A stretch of 64,000 nt of DNA from Massalongia carnosa. Lineage: Eukaryota. This document shows, in pieces, positions 37,785 through 47,704 of this stretch (positions are counted from its first letter, which is position 1; every line of letters starts with the position of its first letter). Position numbers and translations under genes: made by a program. A model generated the notes under the pieces. That model did no database searches. It was not told where the DNA came from and was given only the letters and a program-made list of their open reading frames with translations. The DNA lies in assembly GCA_965645245.1 (NCBI GenBank), contig OZ287074.1, positions 1,798,001 through 1,862,000 of the forward strand, given 5' to 3'.

Positions 37785-38720
37785 TTACCATCTAACAAGT
37801 GCATCTTCTAAAAATCTCCCAAATCCACCAGATTCCTCCATATATGAATCAATTAAACTACTGTGACGTTTAATCCAGGCCTTAAGAATAGAGAATGAAG
37901 TCTCTATTGGATTAAAATCGGGTGATTACGGAGGCAAATGAACCAGCAAAACATCTGCATCCTGACACATGATCCTCAATTCCTCACTCCAATGTATAGA
38001 GGCATTATCCATAATCAAAACCGAACGAGGACCATTACCTCCAGCGCAGTATGGTAAAACCTTGAGCCTGACGAATTCATTCAGAATATCTGATATTATA
38101 GAGCCATGATGCACCTCCCAAGCTATGAAACCGTCGATGGTGAACGCTAGTAATATACTCCATCTCTTAGAAAGTTTGAGCGCTTGAATCATAGTCGGTT
38201 TGATTCCTGGTGCGGCCCATCCATATCGACGATCACCTAAAGTAATAACAATTAGCAAAGAAACTGAAGTTCTTCAAATAGTACTGACCAGTATGCTCGC
38301 ATGTAGCGCTTTCGTCCAGAAAATCAACTGATCAGCCCTCCATCCTCCCAGTCTAATCATCTTCTCATCACGCAAAGATTGGTTGCGTTGTTATGCTATA
38401 CGAATAGCCATCTGCTTAAGAGTTCGAGAAACCGTAGACTCGCTCACCAAGACGTCGAATTCATCATACAAAAACCAGCACATCTCGTCCAAATAAGAGG
38501 TAGGTCTCTGATCCAGATACATGAGTAGTTGCTCGATTTGTTGTTGATTCATTTTCTTGCGCCGGCCAGTAGCAAGCTGAGGTTTTGCAACCTCACTGAA
38601 ATGTTCCCAATTATGTCTCATCTTACGTAGTTGTCTAATGCTGACACCAGTAGCATCTTCATCCGATTCCAGTCTGAACTTTATAGCCTGGCGTTTGATG
38701 ATGCTGAATGATCGTCCCAT
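37785..38720 (-). pseudogene. Tc1/IS630-family transposase (HTH + DDE_3), disrupted
   Basis: Motifs: RPTSYLDEM..FL.DEF...VSESTVSRTL, IFLDES, intron 38288-38237, GDRRYGWA, VLIMDNASIH, LPP*SPDFNPIE (34 residues between D and E). Stops at 38391-93 and 37926-28. Frameshift at about 38321. Confidence 0.88.
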
Positions 38721-39292
38721 GTTTGCTTTTGAAACTACGAGGTAGCAAGAATAAAGATCTACATGAAAACACTACATATCATTTATCCTACAGACTGCAA
38801 AAGGTGGTGTGAAAGGGAGGAGGGCCATTAGATACTGCACCAAATTCTGATGTGTGGTCCAATTCTGTCGCTTAATATTTTTTTTACCGCGCAGTTTCGG
38901 GGTTCAAAGTTCGGCACACCATTTTGCAAATGGGTGTACGTCATCGGAGACCTACTTGCACATAACTATTTTCTCCGGCTTTGCACATGTTCCACCTATC
39001 CAACGCTCTAACACCCTGATATAGACTTAAGCTGAAATAAACAACAAGCACGATTTAAATGCTTCCTGGGCCCTTTCTTCGGATTTCTGTCACATATGGG
39101 GTCTGTGGCTGCAGCAATAGGTGCCTGAGGGTAAGTAACTCATCAATTCCAGGTTCTGGTACCAATGCTGAGTAGGCTTCACACTGGTGACTTAGGGAAC
39201 TAGGTAGCCAACTTATGACCAAAGGTATCATAGGAAGGTCTCGGGTCTAATAGCTTGATGAAGCTTTATCTAGATGTTTTGGTGTCTATATC

Positions 39293-42200
39293 TGTTGATG
39301 TTACGCTAAACATTAGCCTAACGGACAAGTGTCAGGCGGTTGGTGACTGCTTGGCCGGAATGGGCCTAGGGTAGTTTAGCCGATGTGGGTGCTCAAAAGC
39401 ACCCACGATAGAATTAATCAAAACTATTCCTTCTAAATATTCGTACATGCACTATAGTGATCAACAATTCACTTCAACAGGTTATGAGAACCCGGATGCG
39501 TACCTGCATTACAATTACATAGTCACTACGAATATATTCTAATCAGGTAACCGACCAACCAGTCAGCGTTCCTGCGACCCCAAACAAGCAAATAGTCGAC
39601 CAGCCAGTCAACTTTTGCTTCGACCCCCCACCAAACGGTGCAGACGCACCAGATCGACCAGACCCGACCGAACCAATCATATTTCAGTACCGCAGCCATG
39701 GGATCTGATGCAAAGTATGATTATAGCTTTAAAAAGCTGACCGGTTCAACCAATTACAAGCAATGGACTCGCGACATGTCTTTTGCGTTGGAGGAAGCTA
39801 AGCTATGGGACCATGTTCTAGGAACGGCTATTCCACCTCCAACATTGGTAGCGACCACAAATGATGATGAAGAAAGGGCCGAACGAATTTACCAGCGGTC
39901 CCTAAAAATCAAAGACTTCAACGATGACTCGCGCCGTACGGTAGCAAAAATTGGGCGAATGTGCACCGAGACCGTCCAGAAAGAATTCCTATCCAAAAAC
40001 ACACTCGCTAGATGGACTCCAAAAGAGCTATGGGACCACCTACAATCGCGATACACGTTACAAAATTGGGCATCAAAATGGAATACACTCGGAAAGTTGC
40101 ACTCCATCCACCAACGGGACTGCAAGAACGTGGCCGAGTTCATCAGTAAAATTAGGGACATTAATTCTGAAATAAGTGACCTAAAAATAACCATGGACGA
40201 GGCGGTCATAATTCATACCCTAAATTCATTAGACACTCAGTTCAAGTCCTACCTGGCCATCCTCAGCCATGAGTCGAGGGAGAAAGCAGAACTTCCAACA
40301 CTCGAGGTCCTAGCAAAGGCCTTGGAGGATGAAGAGTTACGACTAGCCAATCAGGACAAAGCAACCGCGAACTACACGCAGAAAGGAAAGAAAGGTGGGG
40401 ACTCCGGTAAAAAGAAAAAGCCGGGGGAGAACTCCAACTCCAACTCCAATAACACTTCCGACAGCAAAGACACATATGTCTGCACCAGGTGCAAGAAAAC
40501 GCATGGAAAAGGTGATTGCTGGATGGACAAAGCGGAGTGTAATGGGTGTGGTAAACGTGGCCACATCAAGAAGTTCTGTAAAAAGAACAAGACGAACCAG
40601 GAAAGTGAGGCGACCACCCCAGAGGCAACCACCAAAGGGCTATCTTGCTTTATCAGAAAGATCATACCGATCACACCGACCAATGAGGTCGAAGAGAAGA
40701 AAGGAATGGGGGCCATTCATTTGACGTGTAAGTCAGTGGCCGCAGTCATTCCAAAACCAAACCCCTACGTAATCATAGACTCTGGGGCCACCGACCATTT
40801 CTTCTCAAACCGAGGCTTTTTTACCACCTACACTGAGTACTACCATGAGTTCCAAACGGGCTCGGGGCAAGTTCTTCCTGCCTTCGGGTATGGTGACGTA
40901 GTCCTAAACATGGTCCAGGAGGATGGATCAATAAATGTCCTGACAGTAAAAGATGTAAGCTGGGCACCTGCCCTAGGCCACAACTTACTGAGCACCGTTC
41001 CCCTTGCAATGAAAGGTGTTGAGGTGTTCCTGAGACGTACGGATGTTCCTACTCAATTAATTCATGAGAACAAAATCCACGGACTAGCTGACGTTATCAA
41101 TCGACAATATGTTCTTCGAATTAAAAACCCGGAGATTATGCAGACGAACTTCGCAAACACTAAACCAGTAGTGAATGCAATTAAACCAACCATTGAAATT
41201 TGGCATCAAAGAATGGGCCACCTTGGTTATCGAAACATCCTCAAACTTCCACAAATAGCTGAAGGAATTGAGGTGAAAGGGCCGGTCCTAGAGGAAATTT
41301 GTGGGCCCTGTATGAAGGGTAGACAGCAACGTAAGCCGTCACGAACTCCCATGCCCCGAGCTTCAAAATTCCTGGAAGAGGTCCATAGTGATTTGGGAGG
41401 CCCATACCCGGCCTCCAGAAACGGGTTACAATACTACATATCTTTCAAAGACGATGCCACTGGAACGTACCATGTTTATCCAATGAAGCTAAAGAGCCAG
41501 GCCTTTGAGAAGGCAAAGGAATATATCGAATGGACGTCTCAGGAAACTGGCATGCAGATGGGAGCACTCCATTCGGATGGGGGAGGTGAATATGACAATG
41601 AAGCCTTTCAGGACTATCTTAAGAAACAACACATCAGATGGAAATGCAGTGCCCCATACACACCCGAGCAAAATGGAAAGGCCGAGCGACTGAATTATAC
41701 TCTGATGAGTTCAGTTCGGTCCATCTTATCAGCGATGAAATTACCGAAGGGCCTATGGCCTGAAATCATCAAAGCAGTGTGTTATCTGAAGAACAGAAGT
41801 CCTAACACGGACGGGGTGACACCATATGAGAAACTAAACAACAAAAAGCCTAACCTCGGTCATCTAAGAGTGTTGGGTGCACGCGCTTGGGTTCATATTC
41901 CCAAGGAAAAGCGAAAGAAGCTAGACGAACGGTCCTGGCAGGGCATCCATGTGGGCTATGAAGGCACCAATCAGTACCGGATATATGACCCCTGCACAGG
42001 CAAAGTTCATGTTACTAGAGACGTAACTATTGATGAAAAGAACCTATTTGACCGGAAAGCCTACAGATCAAACGAGCTTGTTGATGACGAATGGGCACAA
42101 ACAGACGATGATCAGTTCGGAAATCCAGACGATTTTGACGACGAGGGAAATAACAAACCCGAGGACTATTACACCCCTCGGTCAAATAAACCTCACCTAC

Positions 42201-44401
42201 CTACACCCCCCGATTCTCCTCCAAACACGGAACATTCACACCAAAATTCAGTGGGAGATTCACAACAAACAAGGCCAGAAGGGAGAAATGTCGAAGAAAA
42301 TTATGGAGGGGGAAATTATGATAGTCCCTATGATAGTCTGACCCACGACCCCGAGGCCACCAACCACGAGGCCGAGGCCACCGACCCCGAGACCCCCGAG
42401 GCCTCGGAAGGCCACAATTCTTCCACCTCTGACCATGTTCCATTGAGAAGGTCCAAGCGGGCACCAGTCAAACGAGCACAATATCCTGATGAAATTTTTT
42501 ATGGACCAGGTAGGCTACCGAAACGAACTAACTTCACTAGCAAAAACGTGGCAAAATCCCACATACATATGATGAAGGCACTAACCATGCTTGCAAACAA
42601 CATTGATAATGAAGGGCCAGACGAACCCTTCTCGCTCAAAGAGGCTATGGCTAGGCCTGATTGGCCCAAATGGATGGAGGCCATGAAGGCCGAAATTGAA
42701 TCTCATACCGAAAATGGCACGTGGGAGTTGACCGAAGCACCAAAAGACCGACGGGTAATCACCGGACGGTGGGTGTTCAAACTGAAAAAGGATCGACATG
42801 GAAATATCCTAAAATACAAAGCACGATGGGTGGTTCATGGCTACAAGCAGGAAGAAGGTCTAGACTACATCGACACCTTCGCTGCAGTAGTCAAGCCCAT
42901 GTCATATAAGGCCATGATGGGTGTAGGAGTTAAACGTGGATTTACCATTCGTCATATGGATGTTGTGACCGCTTTTCTCTATGGATATCTGGATGAACTG
43001 ATATTTGTCGAACAACCTCATTTATTCAACCCGACACCGCACCTAGTTTGTAAGCTTATCAAAGCACTTTATGGACTGAAACAATCACCACAAGTGTGGT
43101 ACCAGACCCTTGTTGATTTCCTGAAGAAACTAGGATTTCATCGCTTGGAACTTGATCATGGAGTGTTTGTTTCTGATGACAAGAAGCAATTCATAGCGAT
43201 ATATGTGGACGACCTACTACTCTTTGGGGCAGACATAGCCCGCCTCGAGTTCATACATAAACAACTATCTGATCGGTTCAAAATGACGAACCTGGGTGAC
43301 GTCTCTCACTATTTAGGAATGGAAATTGACGTTGACGTTGGAAAAACAATAATCCTTCGTCAAACAACCTACCTCAAAAAGGTTCTGGACCGTTTCGGAA
43401 TGACCGACTGCAAGCAATCCTCCATACCAATGGATCCGGGAGTAGCAAGCTCCCTTCTACCCTCAAAACAGGTGGCGGACAAAGCCACTGTGGCCTGGTA
43501 TCAGTCAGCAATTGGGTCACTGATGTGGCCAGCAGTCCACACCCGACCCGACATCTCTTATTCTGTGGGAGTCCTCAGCCGCTATTGCAGAAACCCCGGA
43601 CCCACCCACATACAGCTAGTCAAACAAATCTTCCGCTATTTAGCAGGGACACTGACCATAGGACTGACATTTTCGGCTGACTCTCCGGATGAACTAATCG
43701 GATACACTGACTCTGATTGGGCGGGGACCGTAGATGGAAGAAAGTCGACCGGTGGGTACGTTTGGATGCTTTCGGGCTGTCCAATTTCTCACCAATCAAA
43801 ACAACAACCGACCGTCGCTCTGTCTTCATGCGAAGCTGAGTATATGGCGATCACTGAAGCAGGGAAGGAGGCCTTATGGTGCTCTCGCTTCCTCGAGGCC
43901 CTCGGGCACAGACGACCTGACCAACCAGCAGACCTCCGAGCAGACAACAAGGGGGCGATTGACCTTACCGCTAACCCAGAGTTCCATAAACGAACAAAGC
44001 ATATTGACGTACGACATCATTGGATAAGGGAAGTTGTACTAGACCGAAAGATAATCATCACATACATTTCAACGAATGAAATGATAGCAGATGGGATGAC
44101 AAAGCCGCTACCACCAGCAAGGTTCCAGGCCTTTAGGGCCATGATGGGCATGAGGTAGGGCAGGGCAATTTCTGAATAGCATCAACCAAGGCAGACACCA
44201 TGCCTGAGTGGGAGTGTTGATGTTACGCTAAACATTAGCCTAACGGACAAGTGTCAGGCAGTTGGTGACTGCTTGGCCGGAATGGGCCTAGGGTAGTTTA
44301 GCCGATGTGGGTGCTCAAAAGCACCCACGATAGAATTAATCAAAACTATTCCTTCTAAATATTCGTACATGCACTATAGTGATCAACAATTCACTTCAAC
44401 A
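39293..44401 (+). mobile_element. Full-length Ty1/copia LTR retrotransposon (copia-1)
   Basis: The 187-bp LTRs (39293-39479 and 44215-44401) run TGTTGA...TCAACA and differ at 1 position. The 5-bp TSD is ATATC (39288-92, 44402-06). PBS GGTTATGAG starts at 39480. The purine-rich PPT is GAGTGGGAG, before the 3' LTR. Confidence 0.97.
39698..44158 (+). CDS. Copia gag-pol polyprotein, single uninterrupted ORF
   Basis: Gag with Zn knuckle CNGCGKRGHIKKFC; protease IIDSGATDH; integrase WHQRMGH...CGPC, VHSDL, LHSDGGGEY, EQNGKAER; RT YKARWVV, HMDVVTAFL, LYGLKQS, YVDD; RNase H YTDSDWAG, SSCEAEY. The PR-IN-RT-RH order is the copia order. Confidence 0.96.
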   Translation: MGSDAKYDYSFKKLTGSTNYKQWTRDMSFALEEAKLWDHVLGTAIPPPTLVATTNDDEERAERIYQRSLKIKDFNDDSRRTVAKIGRMCTETVQKEFLSKNTLARWTPKELWDHLQSRYTLQNWASKWNTLGKLHSIHQRDCKNVAEFISKIRDINSEISDLKITMDEAVIIHTLNSLDTQFKSYLAILSHESREKAELPTLEVLAKALEDEELRLANQDKATANYTQKGKKGGDSGKKKKPGENSNSNSNNTSDSKDTYVCTRCKKTHGKGDCWMDKAECNGCGKRGHIKKFCKKNKTNQESEATTPEATTKGLSCFIRKIIPITPTNEVEEKKGMGAIHLTCKSVAAVIPKPNPYVIIDSGATDHFFSNRGFFTTYTEYYHEFQTGSGQVLPAFGYGDVVLNMVQEDGSINVLTVKDVSWAPALGHNLLSTVPLAMKGVEVFLRRTDVPTQLIHENKIHGLADVINRQYVLRIKNPEIMQTNFANTKPVVNAIKPTIEIWHQRMGHLGYRNILKLPQIAEGIEVKGPVLEEICGPCMKGRQQRKPSRTPMPRASKFLEEVHSDLGGPYPASRNGLQYYISFKDDATGTYHVYPMKLKSQAFEKAKEYIEWTSQETGMQMGALHSDGGGEYDNEAFQDYLKKQHIRWKCSAPYTPEQNGKAERLNYTLMSSVRSILSAMKLPKGLWPEIIKAVCYLKNRSPNTDGVTPYEKLNNKKPNLGHLRVLGARAWVHIPKEKRKKLDERSWQGIHVGYEGTNQYRIYDPCTGKVHVTRDVTIDEKNLFDRKAYRSNELVDDEWAQTDDDQFGNPDDFDDEGNNKPEDYYTPRSNKPHLPTPPDSPPNTEHSHQNSVGDSQQTRPEGRNVEENYGGGNYDSPYDSLTHDPEATNHEAEATDPETPEASEGHNSSTSDHVPLRRSKRAPVKRAQYPDEIFYGPGRLPKRTNFTSKNVAKSHIHMMKALTMLANNIDNEGPDEPFSLKEAMARPDWPKWMEAMKAEIESHTENGTWELTEAPKDRRVITGRWVFKLKKDRHGNILKYKARWVVHGYKQEEGLDYIDTFAAVVKPMSYKAMMGVGVKRGFTIRHMDVVTAFLYGYLDELIFVEQPHLFNPTPHLVCKLIKALYGLKQSPQVWYQTLVDFLKKLGFHRLELDHGVFVSDDKKQFIAIYVDDLLLFGADIARLEFIHKQLSDRFKMTNLGDVSHYLGMEIDVDVGKTIILRQTTYLKKVLDRFGMTDCKQSSIPMDPGVASSLLPSKQVADKATVAWYQSAIGSLMWPAVHTRPDISYSVGVLSRYCRNPGPTHIQLVKQIFRYLAGTLTIGLTFSADSPDELIGYTDSDWAGTVDGRKSTGGYVWMLSGCPISHQSKQQPTVALSSCEAEYMAITEAGKEALWCSRFLEALGHRRPDQPADLRADNKGAIDLTANPEFHKRTKHIDVRHHWIREVVLDRKIIITYISTNEMIADGMTKPLPPARFQAFRAMMGMR

Positions 44402-45619
44402 ATATCTATCTCTATTGCGGGAGAAGTTTTCTACTAAACGGTTATTTTGGTCTGCAAGGACGATGATGGCTTTGTTCTGGGATTTGAGGATCGACTTGTG
44501 TTATCAACGTTCCTAGTATCGTCCTTCTTTGGGGTATTCTATGAAGTTCGGGATAGGTTCAATTCGTTTGCTTCCTCTTCTTAGCTTTTCTTCTCGGATG
44601 ATCTAGACCACTGCTACCACAACATTCGAGAGCGATTTCACACACCATTGCCGACTCTTTGTAAGATTTACTAGTTCATTAGTATTCTTCATTTTCTATA
44701 ATAGGTTCTAGGCAGGACATCATGAGATTTTTTTTGGCTTACGATACGAATACTCCTTCCTTGAATTACGGGCCCGGTACGTCGGCCTTGTCCACGAAAA
44801 ACTTTACCGCCATTACAATCTAGCTCTCACTTATCTGCAGTTAAGCTTATGCAACTTCATCCGACAAGAAACGATTTCTCACTCCGGCTAACAGTCGATA
44901 ACGTCCAGTTTAAAGCAAGAAAATTAATTGCTTACATCTTCTACATCTGTTGAATGTTCAACTTCTACCAGCATTGCCTAGCCGATAGATTAGATAATAT
45001 CAGATCTAATCTAAGCGCATAGAGGCTCGGATAAACTATTATCATCTCGCTTAGCAGAGGTGACCAAGATAAAAGGAACAGATTGCTCTGCACTCCGTAG
45101 CAACTCTGCATCCTTAACATCATGGTCATACAGGCCCCTATCTTTACATAGTCATATAGCCATAGTCATAGACCTATTCAACAGGTTATGAGCCCGGAAG
45201 GGCGCTATCGATCATACAGGAATCGAAGCAATTCTTATCCGCAGCATCACGATGCAAAATCATTAGCTGAGCATCATTATCCTTTCTCGAAAAGAACTAG
45301 ATGGACAATGCAAAGACTAAATCTCTACTTGTTTACAGACCTGAATCAGGCGGGATTCGCACCCGCAAGTCTAGCTAGTTGAACAGCTTCGTGAAAGCAC
45401 ATCATGACAACCTCTCAATCAGATAGAGACGTTTAACAACAACGCCACCTGATCCAGCGTTCCCTACCTACAAAGGGTTATCAGAAAGAGCATGGAAATC
45501 ATCTACATTATAAGCAGAGAGGCTCTTTGCCAGACTACAAGCATCAGAAGACATTCTCTTCATATCAGACCATCAGAATGCTCTCATGCCCGAATATCTG
45601 AGAGGCACTCCGGAGGATG

Positions 45620-46330
45620 ACGTTGACCCAGAGGCAGACTCCAGTGGACCAATTCCATTGTTTGACCTCTGCTGCATCACCATCCATTTGACTTTTGACC
45701 CAGAGGCAGACTCCAGTGGACTAGCTCCAAGGTTTGACCTCTGCTGCATCATCACTCATTTGACATTGACCCAGAGACAGACTCCAGTGGACCAGTTCCA
45801 ATGAGTGACCTCTGCTGCATCATTATTCATTTGACTTTGACCCAGAGACAGAACTCCAGTGGACCAGTTCCAATGAGTGACCTCTGCTGCATCATCATTC
45901 ATTTGACTTTGACCCAGAGACAGAACTCCAGTGGACCAGTTCCAACGATTGACCTCTGCTGCATCATCATTCATTTGACTTTGACCCAGGAACAGACCTT
46001 TTCACTGAGTTTTGTTCAAAAACCGCGCAGCGCGGCCTTGACCACTCATGAAACTCTGATTTCTGCTGAATCATCAATTGACTGACGTTGACCCAAGGGC
46101 AGACTTCATTCTGACTTTTGCTGCATCACCACTCAACTTACTTTGACCCAGAGACCGACCATCTAAACTATCTTTCAGGGTCCGATTTCTGCTGAATCAT
46201 CAAATGACTGACGTTGACCCAAGGGCAGACTTCATTCTGACTTTTGCTGCATCACCACTCAACATACTTTGATCCAGAGACAGACTTCGGAAATTCAGTT
46301 CCAAGGTTTGATCCTTGCTGCATCATTCAT
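45620..46330 (+). repeat. Tandem 71-72-bp repeats plus 126-bp higher-order repeats in the copia-2 5' leader
   Basis: TGACCCAG unit starts at 45624, 45696, 45767, 45838, 45910 and 45982. A derived block is duplicated at about 46060 and 46186. Confidence 0.9.
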
Positions 46331-46768
46331 CAACAGACTTTCTGACTAGTCTACGCGTATACAGATGGAGTAATCAGACTTCAATTAAGCAGAACGCCTC
46401 AATCGGGAAATTCGGAATCCGGAAAAAACCTTATTCCATTTAACAGGCCCGGCCTATTAAATGGAACGGTCGGACCGTGGTTCCGACAGCCTATCTCCAC
46501 ACCACCAAGTGAAAGTTTCACCATCTGAAGAGAGTTCTTTCATGCGGGTACAAGCGTTGTGGCAAAGAAAGGAACATCACAGTTTGATGACAAAGGAAAG
46601 GAAATGTTTTGTCTATAACTAGATTACATATTCCCAATCTCCTCCATTCATTCCAGTGCACATCCTACTCCTGCACCAATCTCAGAAACTTAGATACCTT
46701 TCAATCTACAGAAGTTTACTAGAGACCTCTTCTTCATCTTCATCTGACTCTCTTCATCTGACTTCATC

Positions 46769-47704
46769 ATGTCTCTTCCTGACATCAACAGTTCTACAGA
46801 GAAGCCTCACCTTCTAGAGAACTCGGAACACTACTCAGCATGGGCTAGTTACACCAGAGGTATTCTGCTGAAGAATAACTGTGACACAGCCATTCTGGAA
46901 ATCCAACCAGAGATCTCATTGGACTCCATCAGAGAGAGCCTCATCGTATCAGGGTTTACTCCGGCCAGTCTTACTACCAGCATCCTCGTCAAAGAACTTC
47001 GGGATGATAAGAACAGACAGAAAACCGAGATGACCAAGGCTATTGGAATCATCCATGGACTGGTTGCACCATGTCACTACAACCTCATCAATAACAAGAC
47101 CGCTGCCGAGATGTGGGCCATTCTGAAGAATAGATTCCAGGACGTGGCACCAATGAGCATCACGGATGTCATCTTGAGGGTTAGTACGAAAAAGATGAGA
47201 GACTTCGACACAGTCAGTCAATACTGTTCAGAGTATGACGGTGCCTTCAATCAGATCAAGGGCATGTTGATCGAAGAGGTCAAGGTGAACGTCGACTCCA
47301 TAGAGTTTGTACTTCAGGGAATGCTGCTTGGTAACTGCACAGACAAGTATGACCCGCTCATTGCACAACTCCGCAGGGACTGGACGCACGACACCACAAA
47401 CCTTTCGGAAACAACAAAAATCCTCATAGCCTATGCACGAAACCTAACTGTCAAGGCTTTTCACACTGGCGCTTCCAACAGAGGTAGAGCACCTATCGGA
47501 AGTTGCACCGTTCCAGAGTGTGTAAATAGGAACAGAACACGACATTGGCCAGATGAGTGTTTCCAGAAATTCCCCCATCTAAAACGGGCGAGAGGAGACA
47601 CGGCTGAATCAGGGAGGGTCAAGAGACAAAAGAACTCCAAGCCAGAAGTCACCACGTCAACTCCAGGCACCACAGTCACTACAACTCCCACAGTGAGCAG
47701 TTGA
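46769..47704 (+). CDS. Copia-2 Gag (311 aa)
   Basis: The copia gag motif TAAEMWAILKNRF is present, with a Zn-knuckle-like CTVPEC...H....C and a basic/Thr-rich tail. It ends at TGA 47702-04. Confidence 0.88.
   Translation: MSLPDINSSTEKPHLLENSEHYSAWASYTRGILLKNNCDTAILEIQPEISLDSIRESLIVSGFTPASLTTSILVKELRDDKNRQKTEMTKAIGIIHGLVAPCHYNLINNKTAAEMWAILKNRFQDVAPMSITDVILRVSTKKMRDFDTVSQYCSEYDGAFNQIKGMLIEEVKVNVDSIEFVLQGMLLGNCTDKYDPLIAQLRRDWTHDTTNLSETTKILIAYARNLTVKAFHTGASNRGRAPIGSCTVPECVNRNRTRHWPDECFQKFPHLKRARGDTAESGRVKRQKNSKPEVTTSTPGTTVTTTPTVSS

Larger units (their letters stand above)
36366..38936 (-). mobile_element. Tc1/IS630-like (DD34E) DNA transposon with ~160-bp TIRs, TA TSD and two convergent genes
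   Basis: TA at 36364-65 and 38937-38. The TIR CACCCRTTTGCAAAATGGTGTGCCGAACTTTGAACCCCGAAACTGCGCGGT...TGCAGTCT.TAGGATAA occurs at both ends. Confidence 0.92.

Noticed and set aside
45620..46330. 71-72-bp repeats as a CRISPR-like array or coding repeats (ORFs 45586-46085)
   Set aside because: Whole units are similar (no unique spacers), unit length alternates 71/72 and so breaks frame, and they sit in a retrotransposon leader.
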